This document shows, piece after piece, positions 1-10,282 of a DNA stretch of 64,000 bases. A program made the position numbers and the translations under genes. Source of the DNA: Opitutales bacterium (GTDB lineage Bacteria; Verrucomicrobiota; Verrucomicrobiia; Opitutales; UBA2987); NCBI GenBank assembly GCA_965226885.1, contig CBDDEL010000012.1, positions 192,001 through 256,000 on the forward strand, in the 5' to 3' direction. Every line of letters starts with the position of its first letter. Position 1 is the first letter of the stretch. A model generated the notes under the pieces. That model worked only from the letters and a program-made list of their open reading frames with translations, did not search any database and had not been told where the DNA came from.

Positions 1-367
1 AAAATCGTTCACTTTTCAGCTTTGGGAGGGATGCCGATACGAATTGCGGGGCCAATCTCGCCGCGCCGTAATTGAAGTGCATTCCTGCTAAAATCCGGTT
101 CAGGATCGGATCGAGCCGCTCTTTTTGGGCCTCCGGGGGAAGGGTGGTCAATTCGTAATAAGGTCGGGGTCCGTTGAGGATGCGCGTAAGGTCGGCTTTC
201 ACCAGGATGCGGATATCACCGGCATTCTGGTCGATTTCCACCACAATAATAGTCTTATTGAGCAAATGACCGCTGGCGGCTGGTGTGAAGACGGTCAAAA
301 GCCCCAAACATAAGGCGGCGTAGAAAAGGGAAAAACCTCCGGCCTCATTGCGCGGACGGAATTTCAT
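1..367 (-). CDS. Exported protein, partial (runs off the window); possibly the N-terminal domain of a HupE/UreJ-type protein
   Basis: Not in the ORF track. Manual translation from ATG at 367 gives MKFRPRNEAGGFSLFYAALCLGLLTVFTPAASG-HLLNKTIIVVEIDQ..., open to position 1. Signal peptide followed by His; overlaps the end of the upstream NUP gene. Confidence 0.45.
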   Translation of the reverse strand, partial: MKFRPRNEAGGFSLFYAALCLGLLTVFTPAASGHLLNKTIIVVEIDQNAGDIRILVKADLTRILNGPRPYYELTTLPPEAQKERLDPILNRILAGMHFNYGAARLAPQFVSASLPKLKSERF

Positions 368-1409
368 CCCTGTACTTTTCCCAGTTTTCCACCAATTCGT
401 TGACGACACGGCTGCCAACCAGGTAAACATTCTCCAGGGCGGGCAAATAGGCGGAGTAACCCGCGCCATCCTTTTTCTCACCAGCCAGGCTTTGGGCCGC
501 CGTCAATCCTTCATGGGGCATGGAGTAGTTCGATGCTGAGCGCAGGACAAGGTATCGGCGCGGATCCACTTTTTTTGCCCCGGCCAGAAAATTGAGCGAT
601 TGATGCGTGGCGGTGTCCTCCATGGCGGCAGTAACGAAATTTCCTTTGCCCTCCGTCCAATAGGAGACCCAATCATTAGCCCATTGGGTGAGCAATTTGC
701 CGTGCCAGAAAGTGGATGCCGCCAAGTGGTCGCCCTTCAGGACAAAGGGCGGTCGCTGCGCAATGGGGTAATTCTTATATTTGGCACGATGTTTTTTCAA
801 TTCTTCGAGGTCTTCCAGCGGAACATCCTTGGTCAATTGATAGGCCCACTCGACCAGACCGGCGTTTAGGTGATAGACGGCTCCCTCGTTGTCCTCCTGC
901 CGGGGGAGTTCATAGGGTTTGGATTTACGCAATGGGATGTAGCCGGTCGGCCAGTCCGCCGGAGCTTCGCGAATGTCGATTTGATGGGCGATATCGCCAT
1001 CCACCAGCCATTCGGCCCAAGCCGCCGAAGCAAGAGACATATCCGCGGGATCGACTCCGGAAATTCCCGCCACAATCCAGTAAGCCCTGCTCAGGTCGAA
1101 CCGGTCATCCATTCCCAGGGCCATAACCGAGGCCGCAGCCCTGGCTGTACCGATCCCCGTCACCAATCCCAGAACACCTTTTTCGTTGTAGCGCAAATCC
1201 CGGTAGCCCTGCGGCATCGGGAAAACTTTGTCGAGAGGGAAGCGTTCCACCCAAGTTTGAGATTCGCCGGGTCGGTCGCCGCTATCTTCCCCCGCCTCGA
1301 ACATGGTGACGACAACCACTTTGATCGGAAGCGGTTCCGCTGCCGATGGCAATACAGCCATAAAAAGCGGTAAAATGGCCGTTGTTGATAAAATGCTTAT
1401 CATTTTCAT
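345..1409 (-). CDS. Purine nucleoside permease (NUP, PF06516-like) family protein 1, exported, PNP/UDP-like fold
   Basis: Signal peptide, then PIKVVVVTMFE, FDLSRAYWIVAGISGVDP, FWHG, AMED, LVLRSASNY. Confidence 0.85.
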   Translation of the reverse strand: MKMISILSTTAILPLFMAVLPSAAEPLPIKVVVVTMFEAGEDSGDRPGESQTWVERFPLDKVFPMPQGYRDLRYNEKGVLGLVTGIGTARAAASVMALGMDDRFDLSRAYWIVAGISGVDPADMSLASAAWAEWLVDGDIAHQIDIREAPADWPTGYIPLRKSKPYELPRQEDNEGAVYHLNAGLVEWAYQLTKDVPLEDLEELKKHRAKYKNYPIAQRPPFVLKGDHLAASTFWHGKLLTQWANDWVSYWTEGKGNFVTAAMEDTATHQSLNFLAGAKKVDPRRYLVLRSASNYSMPHEGLTAAQSLAGEKKDGAGYSAYLPALENVYLVGSRVVNELVENWEKYRDEIPSAQ

Positions 1410-1432
1410 GGGAGTAGCTTAAATGAGCTTAG

Positions 1433-2494
1433 TCATTTCGCGGAGCCCGGTGGAGTATCTTTGTATTTTTTCCAGTCCTTGACGAGGGCGTGGACGACCG
1501 GGCTGGCCACCCTATAACAGGATTCCAGCGCCGTCAAACCTTGCGCCGGGTAGGGGGCGGTCAGGCTCCAGTCGGGGGTTTTTCCAGGAGGCTGATGCGA
1601 GTAGTTGCTAGCCGTTCTGAGCACAAGCACCCTGTTTAAATCCACCTTACCGTTTTCGGCAAGGCGGTGTAGAGCGCGCAGGGTGCCGTTGTCCTCGACA
1701 TTGGTCATCATGAAATTTCCCTTCCCTTCGGTGTATAATTTCACCCAGTCGTTGGCCCATTGATTGAGGACTGTTCCATGCCAGTAGGCGTTGGAACCAA
1801 GGCTCTCTCCCATGACCACTTTTGGCGGGGCCGACGCATTGGGAAAGCCCTTGTAACGTTTCCGAAACTCCGCCACCTCGGTGTGGTCCGTCAACTCCAC
1901 ATACTTGGTTAAATGGTAGGCCCACTCGACCAGAGATTGATTGAGCCTGAACGACATGTTGGGGTAAGTCCAACCACCGGACCTGTCATTCGGTTTTTTC
2001 CCATCGGAGGGAAAAATGCCATAAGGCCAATCCTTTGGCGCTTCCCGCGAATCGATGGAGTGGGTCAAGTCCCCGTCCACCACCCAGCGAGACCAGGCGG
2101 CGCTGCCGATGGATACATCCTGGGGGTCCCCTCCGGCAATGCCGGAAACGATGAAGTAGGTTCTGCTCAGGTCGAACCGCTCGTCCAGACCGAGGGCGGT
2201 TATGACCATGGCGGCATTAGTCACTCCCGGCCCCGTGCAAATGCCCATGACTCCCCGGTCGTTCATGCGCAGATCGTGCGGACCCATGGGAAAGGGATAT
2301 ATCTTGTCCAGTTTTTCCCTCTCCACCCAAAACTGATACTCGCCCGGCTTATCGCCCGTATCATCGCCGATCTCATACATGGCGATGACGGCCACCTTTA
2401 CCGGGATGCGCTCCTTCTTTTCGGCTCCACCGAGGGGCGCCAACACGAACAGAAGGAGAACCAGAGTTATTATTTGTTTTATCCTGTGCATCAT
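1433..2494 (-). CDS. NUP-family protein 2, exported
   Basis: Signal peptide, PVKVAVIAMYE, FDLSRTYFIVSGIAGGDP, YWHG, NVED, VLRTASNY; paralogue of both neighbours. Confidence 0.85.
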   Translation of the reverse strand: MMHRIKQIITLVLLLFVLAPLGGAEKKERIPVKVAVIAMYEIGDDTGDKPGEYQFWVEREKLDKIYPFPMGPHDLRMNDRGVMGICTGPGVTNAAMVITALGLDERFDLSRTYFIVSGIAGGDPQDVSIGSAAWSRWVVDGDLTHSIDSREAPKDWPYGIFPSDGKKPNDRSGGWTYPNMSFRLNQSLVEWAYHLTKYVELTDHTEVAEFRKRYKGFPNASAPPKVVMGESLGSNAYWHGTVLNQWANDWVKLYTEGKGNFMMTNVEDNGTLRALHRLAENGKVDLNRVLVLRTASNYSHQPPGKTPDWSLTAPYPAQGLTALESCYRVASPVVHALVKDWKKYKDTPPGSAK

Positions 2495-2503
2495 TTTTTC
2501 ATT

Positions 2504-3562
2504 TTAATTCTCTTCTGGGAGATGATTTTCGTAGCGGTCCCAGTTGTCCGCCAGTTCATGGAGCACTATGCTGCCGACTTTATAAGCCGCCTGTATGGCG
2601 GGCAGACCTTTTAAAACATAGGGTGCGCTGAAATGCCATTCGGCCCCCTTGCCTCGGGGCGGGGTGGAGTAATTGCTGGCCGTGCGCAGCACCATGATCC
2701 GGTCGAAATCGACTTTGCCCGATTTTGAGAGGCGTTTCAACGAGGTTAGACTGCCGTTGTCCTCCATCGCTGTCATGACGAAGTTTCCCTTTCCCTCGGT
2801 GTATAATTTCACCCAATCATTGGCCCAATTATTGAGCAGGTGCCCGTGCCAATAAGTGCTCGATCCCATGGCGTCGCCTTTCATGACGAAGGGTGGGCGC
2901 ATGGCGTTGGGGTAGTTTTTATATTGAATTCGAAACGCCTTCATTTCCGGGCCGTCTTCGATGGGATGATCCTTGGTCAATTGGAAAGCCCATTCCTGTA
3001 GGTGGGGATTTAGGTGGTAAACCACGACGGAATCGGAGGAGTGGGGCTTCCTTTCATTCGGCTTTGTGCCGCTCAATGGAAGTATCCCGTAGGGCCAATC
3101 CTCGGGAATTTCCCGCGAATCCATTTCATGGACGAGATCGCCGTCGAGGACGTATTCGGCCCAGGCCGCCGTTCCCAGGGAAGCATCTTCCGGATCGGCC
3201 CCGGCAATGCCCGCTATCAGCCAGTAGGATTTGGAGAAATCGAAACGCGGGTCCAGGCCCAGGGCCATAATGGTGGCCGTGGCATTGGTTACTCCGACAC
3301 CCGTTTCGAGAGCCAAAACGCCATTGTCGTTCATCCGCAAGTCACTTACTCCCAAGGGAAAGGGGATTACCTTGTCCAGTTTTTCCCCTTTAATCCACAA
3401 CTCCAGTTCCCCCGGGTTGCCATCATCCTGGGTTCCCCGCTCGAACATGGCCACTACCACGACCTTGACGGGTATCGGTTTGGCATCCGCCCATCCCGCA
3501 GGCAGAGCGAGAAAAGGAATCAACAAATTCAAGAACAATGGGTAAAACTTGGAATTATTCAT
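2504..3562 (-). CDS. NUP-family protein 3, exported
   Basis: Signal peptide, PVKVVVVAMFE, FDFSKSYWLIAGIAGADP, YWHG, AMED, VLRTASNY. Confidence 0.85.
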   Translation of the reverse strand: MNNSKFYPLFLNLLIPFLALPAGWADAKPIPVKVVVVAMFERGTQDDGNPGELELWIKGEKLDKVIPFPLGVSDLRMNDNGVLALETGVGVTNATATIMALGLDPRFDFSKSYWLIAGIAGADPEDASLGTAAWAEYVLDGDLVHEMDSREIPEDWPYGILPLSGTKPNERKPHSSDSVVVYHLNPHLQEWAFQLTKDHPIEDGPEMKAFRIQYKNYPNAMRPPFVMKGDAMGSSTYWHGHLLNNWANDWVKLYTEGKGNFVMTAMEDNGSLTSLKRLSKSGKVDFDRIMVLRTASNYSTPPRGKGAEWHFSAPYVLKGLPAIQAAYKVGSIVLHELADNWDRYENHLPEEN

Positions 3563-3713
3563 AAGGACAAATTGCGAGTTTCTATTTCCAACGATTGGCT
3601 TTTACCGGAGAGTAAATGAAAAATCAAATCCTATACTTCTGCTTCGCTAAATTGTCACTGGCGCTATTTGGCGCTGGTAAATTCATTTTCCATGGATAGA
3701 CCTGAATTGCATT

Positions 3714-4651
3714 ATGAAAATCAGCTTTGAGTCCATAATCGCTTTGTTTTTCATGCCGCTGTGTCTTTTCGCGGAACCGCATTCTTCGATCCAACTGCCG
3801 GAAGGAGTGCCGGCCTCGCAGATCTGTGTTTTGGGGGGCACCAATGTTGCCAAGGCGCTCACCAGGACCGAATATATCCGCGGCTCTTTTACCATAGAGA
3901 CTCCGTTCGGAAAATCACCGAAAATTTATCATGGCGAGGTGAAGGGGGTTCCCTTTTATCATATTCCGCTGCATGGGGGCATCGAGTGGACCGGAAAAAC
4001 CGGGAGGAGATTCGCATAGCTCCCCTGCGTACCTGGTCGGCGATGCATCTTCTCGGGGTGACGGAAGTTTTGGGCGGCGCCACGGCAGGCGCCATCAATC
4101 CCGATTACAAACTGGGCGACTGGGTGGTGGCCGACGATTTTATCGATTTCAATGTGGAGCGGCCGCGTTCGATCGCCTACCAGGTATTGGGTGACGCCGC
4201 CGCCAACATTCTGCCAAGGGTCAACCCGGCCACCGACCCGCATATCGACGAGATTCTCTACCAGGCTTGTTTGAAAAATGCCAAAAGTGTCCAGGCCTGG
4301 AAGGGGGGTGTCATCGCGCAGGCGGCGGCGGGTCGATTTGAAACTGTGGCGGAAATAAAAATGATGCAAATGCTTGGATGCGATCTGGTTACGATGTCCG
4401 TTCCGACTGAGATATCCTATGCCCGGCAGTTGGGCATGAACTACGGCAGCATTATCGGCATCAGCAATCCCGCCGAGGGCCTCGGGGAATGGGGTTGGGA
4501 TACGCTGACGGATCTTTACCCGCGTTTTCACGAGCAATCCATCAAAATTTATCTCGAGGCAATTCCCAAAGTGGCTAAACTGGCGGGGGTTCCGCGGGCC
4601 GGGGACGCTCTCAGGATGCATCCCGATTTGGAACCGAAAAAGGATAAATAA
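3714..4651 (+). pseudogene. MTAP/purine nucleoside phosphorylase-family protein with signal peptide, frameshifted near 3995-3999
   Basis: ORF 3714-4019 has a signal peptide, ICVLGGT, IETPFG and PLHG. ORF 3761-4651 has GAINPDYKLGD, RFETVAEI, DLVTMSVPTE and ISNPAEG. One extra A in GGAAAAAC joins them (WTGKNREEIRIA). Confidence 0.8.
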
Positions 4652-4712
4652 TACTTACCCAATCGGTTATTGCATTATTATCGAGAGTTCCATTCTTTGT
4701 TTCACCATCATT

Positions 4713-6206
4713 ATGAAGATGAACTCAAAAAAACGATCCACTTGCAGCCCAATTAAATCCAAATTATTTCCTGGCCTGATTTTGGTTATATTATTTTTTA
4801 ACCAGACCTGGAGCGAGGAAGCCGGTTCCCTCCAGGATTTCAGTCAGATTTTTGAAACCATCAAACGGGAAGCCTCGCCGGAGGAGCTTTATACATTCCT
4901 CTACGATATGCCCAAGGGGGGCGACCTCCACCACCACCACGGCGGGTCCACCATTACCGAAGCCTGGTATAAGGTCGCCACCGATCCCGAATTGAATGAC
5001 GGCCAGCGCTATTATACCCGCAACCGGATAATGAATTGCGGGGAGGATGCCACTCCGCCGGGTTTGAGGAAAGGTTCAAAATCCCTCATGTATTGGGTTA
5101 ATATTAACGAAAGGTCCTGGCAAAAACTGAACGATTGCCCCCGCAGCGAGTATAAGCCCATCGATGAGTTGACTGACGGAGAACGCCGGGCCTGGATGTC
5201 GTCCCTCATTCTGGACCGTCCCGGCGAAAGCCAGAACGAATTCTTCGAATACCAGTTTCCCCGCATCAACGAGCTTTCCCGCAATCCCTATTTGATGAGC
5301 GAGTTGGTGGTGGACAACATGAAGCGTTTCGGGGCCGAGGGCCTGCTGTATTTCGAGCCGCAGGTAAGCGTCTTCAGTCGAAATGATAAAAATGGGAATC
5401 CCCTTTCTCCTCATCAAGTGTACAAAATTTACAAGGAACGCATCAACCGCCCCGATGCTTTGGCCACCGGGGTGACGGTGCGCTTCCAGTTAACCGTTTT
5501 GCGATTTGCTCCCGATGCTCTCGAGCGAGTGGGCCGGACATTCGAGTTTATCGATAGCCATAGAGATCTCTGGCGGGGCATCAACATGGCTGGCAGGGAG
5601 GACAATGAAAGAGGCCATCCCCAAAGGTTTACAGAAGCATACGACCAGGCCCTCCGCAAATATCCAGGAATCGGCATATCCATCCATGCGGGGGAGGAAA
5701 ACGAGCCCTCCGAACACATTATCGACACCCTGCGCCTGGGTGCCACCCGCATCGGACACGGGATCAACCTGATCGACGACCGCGACACTATGATGCTCAT
5801 GCGCACGGGCCGGTTCTTTGTTGAAATCAATCTCATAAGCAACGAGTTGCTAGGCTATGTGGATTCCATTGCCGAGCACCCGTTTCCCATATACCTTCGG
5901 CAGGGAATACCCGTCGGCCTCAGCACCGACGATCGCGGCATGTGGGATTCCAATATGACGGACGAATTTTATGTCGCCGTGACTCAATTCAACCTTTCCT
6001 GGGAAGAGATTATGAAAATTGGCAAATACAGCCTGAAGTTCTCTTTTGCTCAAACGGATGTGAAAAAGAAATTGCTGGAAGAATACCGCAAAAAGATGGA
6101 AACCTTTGCCCAAAAGTATTCCACCAGTGATTGGCGGCAGCCCCTGAAATCCGTCAAGGCCGTTACCTATGGATACGGTCAAAAACGTCTTGGCCTGAAA
6201 TTATAG
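4713..6206 (+). CDS. Exported adenosine deaminase, ADGF/ADA2-like
   Basis: Signal peptide; MPKGGDLHHH, HAGE, RIGHG and STDD metal/catalytic motifs. Confidence 0.85.
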   Translation: MKMNSKKRSTCSPIKSKLFPGLILVILFFNQTWSEEAGSLQDFSQIFETIKREASPEELYTFLYDMPKGGDLHHHHGGSTITEAWYKVATDPELNDGQRYYTRNRIMNCGEDATPPGLRKGSKSLMYWVNINERSWQKLNDCPRSEYKPIDELTDGERRAWMSSLILDRPGESQNEFFEYQFPRINELSRNPYLMSELVVDNMKRFGAEGLLYFEPQVSVFSRNDKNGNPLSPHQVYKIYKERINRPDALATGVTVRFQLTVLRFAPDALERVGRTFEFIDSHRDLWRGINMAGREDNERGHPQRFTEAYDQALRKYPGIGISIHAGEENEPSEHIIDTLRLGATRIGHGINLIDDRDTMMLMRTGRFFVEINLISNELLGYVDSIAEHPFPIYLRQGIPVGLSTDDRGMWDSNMTDEFYVAVTQFNLSWEEIMKIGKYSLKFSFAQTDVKKKLLEEYRKKMETFAQKYSTSDWRQPLKSVKAVTYGYGQKRLGLKL

Positions 6207-6332
6207 CCCGTCGCTGGAAGTAAACGCACTCAATTTTATCGAAGGGCGTAACAACAAAAACAGTAGGCCAGGTGTTGGCTGAAAATCGGGGCGGAGCACC
6301 TGCGGCGCATTGCCGGAACACGGGGAAAGAGT

Positions 6333-6362
6333 TTGACGCACGAGCAAAATTTATGCTACATT
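6333..6362 (+). promoter_or_regulatory. Candidate sigma70 promoter for the phyH-hydrolase-hisI-cdd unit
   Basis: TTGACG-N18-TACATT with TG immediately upstream of the -10 (TGcTACATT). Confidence 0.4.
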
Positions 6363-6470
6363 GGGGCAGATTTTTCAGTCGATGAAAAGTCTGCTCATAA
6401 AATCGGGCTATGAAAGTGCGGGACGATGAATTCATTTATTTAAATCGACTCTTTGATAACTCTACTAGTT

Positions 6471-7349
6471 ATGGCTGAAAACAAACTGCTATTGGAAAGC
6501 GATCTCAAGAAATTGGGTGAGCGGGCGGTTTTGGAATTCGAGAAAAACGGTTACTGGATCAGCCCCCAATTATTTGGCGAGGAGGAGGTTGAGGAGCTTC
6601 GCCACGAATTGATGCGGACCTTTCGGGGAGAAAAAGACTTCGACAGTATGCACTATTTCCAAAAGCCCGATTTCGATCCCGAGAGCGGCGAGTTCGGTCT
6701 CCTGGTTAATAGCTGGTGGGTTAACAAGAAAATCCGGGAAACCATATACCATTCCCAAATCGGCTACATTGTTTCGAAATTGCTCGGCGTACCGGAAGTG
6801 CGTCTGGCCCTCGATCAGATAATTTATAAACCATCCGTCGATGAAGAGGATGACTCATCTTCAAAAACTCATGTCGGCTGGCACCAGGATGCGGCCCATT
6901 TTACGGTCTTCAACACCTCCAATTATGTTTCAGCCTGGATCGCCCTGCAGGACACCGATTTATCCAATGGAGCCATGAATTTTATCGAAGGTTCCCATAG
7001 ATGGGGCCTGAATGAAGATGCGGCCACATTCATGGAAACAGACCTCGATGTCCTTAAAACAAGGTTTTACCGGGAAGGTAGGGATTGGGTGGAAATTCCG
7101 GCCATACTCAAGGCGGGGCAGGTAAGCTTTCATTCCGGTTTGATTTACCATGGCTCAACATCCAACACATCGGGAGAGCCAAGGCTTTCTCTCGTTTTAC
7201 ACTTTATGCCTCAGGGGACTGCTTACAATAAATACGGCGGATATAATCCCATGGGTGTTCAGATGGGACCGTATGTAAAACATGGAGACCTTTGCGATGA
7301 CCCATTTTTCCCAAAAACCTGGCCGGCGGCCCCAAAATCTTATTATTAA
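6471..7349 (+). CDS. PhyH-family Fe(II)/2OG dioxygenase A
   Basis: FEKNGY, WHQD, VSAWIALQD, GSH, VSFHSGLIYHGS, PR; ATG at 6471 preferred over TTG at 6453. Confidence 0.85.
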   Translation: MAENKLLLESDLKKLGERAVLEFEKNGYWISPQLFGEEEVEELRHELMRTFRGEKDFDSMHYFQKPDFDPESGEFGLLVNSWWVNKKIRETIYHSQIGYIVSKLLGVPEVRLALDQIIYKPSVDEEDDSSSKTHVGWHQDAAHFTVFNTSNYVSAWIALQDTDLSNGAMNFIEGSHRWGLNEDAATFMETDLDVLKTRFYREGRDWVEIPAILKAGQVSFHSGLIYHGSTSNTSGEPRLSLVLHFMPQGTAYNKYGGYNPMGVQMGPYVKHGDLCDDPFFPKTWPAAPKSYY

Positions 7350-7372
7350 AAATATCCCTCTCTTATCCAATT

Positions 7373-8239
7373 ATGATAAAAACAATTACTGCTTTATTAT
7401 TTGCCTTATTGGGGTTTTTCATTACTTCCTCAACCCTGATGGCAGGAGAGGAAAATTCCTGGAGCGAGAGTTACGTCACTATCGGTGAGCAAATCGTTGG
7501 CATTTTGGCCCAACCCGATGCGGAAGGCAAGGCGCCGGCCATATTGATGTGCCACGGGTTCGGGAGCCATAAAAACGAAGTCGGCGATATGTACAAAAGA
7601 TTGGCCGAAAAACTGGCCCTCAATGGCATCGCATCCCTGCGCATTGATTTCCCTGGTTGGGGCGAAAGCGGCGGAGAAATGGCCGATTCTTCAATCGAAA
7701 CACGAGTCAACGCCGCTGCTCAAGCTTATGAGTTTTTATCCGAACAGGCTTTTGTCGATGCGCAGCGAATGGGAATCCTGGGATTCAGCATGGGCGGGGC
7801 AACCGCCATTATCTCAGCCGGAGAAAACCCGGCCTGGTACAAGTCGATGGCCACCTGGTCTTCGGCGGGGGACCTGGGGAAGAACTTTCTGGATTCACTC
7901 GGACAGGAACGATTCGATGAGGTGATGGAAAAAGGAATCATAACCATCGACCTGGGTTGGCGGGAAGTAACGTTAAAAAAGGGATTTTTTGAAAAATTAA
8001 ATGAATACGATGTCCTGAAAAGCCTGGAAAAATATCCGGGCGCTTTCCTTTCCATCGCTGGGACGGAAGATTTCTCCGCCGCACATATCCCGAAATTCGC
8101 CTCGTCGGCCAAAGGGCGTCCTTCCGAAGGGGTTCTATTATCCGGCGCCGATCACATATTTGGAGTATTGGGTGAAGACCAAACCACGGCCGAAAATGTA
8201 ATGAGCCGAACTCTAAAGTGGTTCCGGCAAACCCTTTAG
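7373..8239 (+). CDS. Exported alpha/beta-fold hydrolase
   Basis: Signal peptide, CHGFGS, GFSMGG nucleophile elbow, GTED, GADH. Confidence 0.85.
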   Translation: MIKTITALLFALLGFFITSSTLMAGEENSWSESYVTIGEQIVGILAQPDAEGKAPAILMCHGFGSHKNEVGDMYKRLAEKLALNGIASLRIDFPGWGESGGEMADSSIETRVNAAAQAYEFLSEQAFVDAQRMGILGFSMGGATAIISAGENPAWYKSMATWSSAGDLGKNFLDSLGQERFDEVMEKGIITIDLGWREVTLKKGFFEKLNEYDVLKSLEKYPGAFLSIAGTEDFSAAHIPKFASSAKGRPSEGVLLSGADHIFGVLGEDQTTAENVMSRTLKWFRQTL

Positions 8240-9829
8240 CCCGGAAATTTCATAAAAAAAGTATCGCTGATATGCTTATCTGCTGATATACAGCAGGATA
8301 GATTAAACATTAAAGCAATATCAGCGATGACAAAAAGTAAACAATTAGAACTACAGTTGACAAGGGTAAAAGGCCGCCGTGTGCGGGTTGATTTTAAGGG
8401 CGGTGAGGTTACTTCGGATGCCGGGCTGCTTTTGATCCGGGAAGTGGATCGGCGGTTGGGCTTGACCGAGCAAGCGGCCCGGCAATTAGTAGACAAACGG
8501 CAGAAGGGCAAAGTGCGCCATGAGATGCTGGCCATGATCCGGCAGCGCGTTTACGGGCTGGGGGCGGGCTATGAGGATTTGAACGACTTTGACACCCTGC
8601 GCCGCGATCCTTTGTTGCAAACGGTAACGGGGCGCACTGAAGCGTTGGCCAGCGCGCCGACTTTGTGTCGTTTTGAAAACGGGCAGGATCGGCGGGCAGC
8701 CTTTGCCCTGAACGAGTTGCTGGTCGAACAGTTCATCGGATCCTTTGCCGAGGAACCCGAAGAGATCATCCTGGACTTTGACGCCACCGACAATCCGGTG
8801 CACGGGCTCCAGGAGGGACGTTTTTTCCACGGTTATTATGATCATTACTGTTTTTTGCCGCTGTATGTTTTTTGCGGCGATCAGCTTCTGGTGGCCTACC
8901 TGCGGCCCAGCAAGATCGATGCGAGCAAGCATGCCGGGGCCATCCTCAAATTGCTGGTTAAACGGATTCGCCAAAGCTGGCCCCATACGCGGATTATTTG
9001 GCGTGCCGACAGCGGATTCTGCCGGGATCGGATTCTCTCGTGGTGCGAGCGCAACGAGGTTTATTTTATAGTGGGAACGGCCCGCCATGCACGCTTGCAG
9101 CAAGCGGCCCGGCAGTTGCAGGAGCAAGCCAAAGGCAGTTGCAGGAGCAAGCCAAACAATGGTTCGAGGGTAGCGGCAAAAAGCAACGGCTGTTTCAGCA
9201 CTTCGAGTATGGGGCAAAATCGTGGCGGCGCCAACGCCTTATCATCCACAAAGCCGAACACACCGCACAGGGGTCCAACCCGCGCTTCGTGGTGACGAAC
9301 CTGCAGGGCGATCCCCAAGAGCTTTACGACAAAGTATACTGTGGCCGCGGTGAGATGGAGAACCGGATCAAGGAACAGATGCAATTGTTCAGCGAACGCA
9401 CCAGCGCGCATAAATGGTGGGCCAACCAGTGGCGATTGCTCTTGTCGGGGCTGGCCTACACCTTGATGGAAGCCTTGCGCCGGTTCGCATTAAAAGGGAC
9501 GAAGTGGGCGCGGCTCCAATGCCACAGTCTACGGCTAAAATTAATCAAGATCGGAGCGGTCATCGTGCGCAACACCCGAACGATTCACTTTCATCTAAGT
9601 GAAAGTTATCCATGGGCCAGTCTTTTCAACCATGCGGCCCGCCGGTTGGTGCCAACCTAAAGGGCGCATTGGCGCTGCCCCCGGCGCTACCGAACCAATG
9701 GGGGAAAGGGGGAAGTGTCTCTACACCCTGAAAAACACCTCAAAATCAAGACGATCCGCCCAAAATACAAAGAAATCCATCTCCAATAGCAATAACGAGC
9801 CAAACTTTACCCTTCATGAAATATCCGGG
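8240..9829 (+). mobile_element. IS1380-family element, copy 1
   Basis: TIRs CCCGGAAATTTCAT / ATGAAATATCCGGG; TTAG duplicated at 8236-8239 and 9830-9833; near-identical to 36699-38265. Confidence 0.95.
8327..9660 (+). pseudogene. IS1380 transposase frameshifted by a 23-bp tandem duplication
   Basis: GGCAGTTGCAGGAGCAAGCCAAA occurs twice at 9111-9156 but once in the intact transposase at 36868-38178. Confidence 0.92.
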
Positions 9830-9853
9830 TTAGTCAGTTTAGGAGCCAGAACG

Positions 9854-10282
9854 ATGCCCAACGTCGAATTAGAGGAAGGAAAAGAGCTGCAGCTTGATTT
9901 TAACAAGCTGAACGATATCGCGGCCACCGGCAAAGACCTCATCCCGGCAGTTGTCCAGGATACCGCAACCGGGGAGGTATTGATGCTCGGTTATGTTAAC
10001 AAGGAAGTTTTCGAAATCGCTTTAAAGGAAGGAAGTGTCACTTTCTGGAGCACTTGGCGGGATGAAGTCTGGACCGTGGGCAAAAATACCGGGGATACGC
10101 TTCGCATCATCGAAACACGGGTAAATTGCGAGCAAACCGCGGTCCTCTTTTTGGTTCGCCTCAGTGGGGGCGGCGCCTGCCATACCAGAATGGCGGACGG
10201 CTCAGCTCGTCACGGGTGCTTTTACCGCCGATTGAATTCCGATGGAGAACTGGAAATAATAACTGGGAGGGGAACCGGCTGA
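9854..10282 (+). CDS. hisI: Phosphoribosyl-AMP cyclohydrolase (HisI)-like protein, divergent
   Basis: AGGAG then ATG at 9854; LIPAVVQDTATGEVLMLGYVN, FWS, NCEQ, GACHT, CFYR. Confidence 0.75.
   Translation: MPNVELEEGKELQLDFNKLNDIAATGKDLIPAVVQDTATGEVLMLGYVNKEVFEIALKEGSVTFWSTWRDEVWTVGKNTGDTLRIIETRVNCEQTAVLFLVRLSGGGACHTRMADGSARHGCFYRRLNSDGELEIITGRGTG

Noticed and set aside
9599..9853. 227-aa ORF suggesting an N-terminally extended HisI
   Set aside because: The extension is IS1380 right-end sequence (the same peptide appears at 36681-36929); the real start is ATG 9854 after AGGAG.
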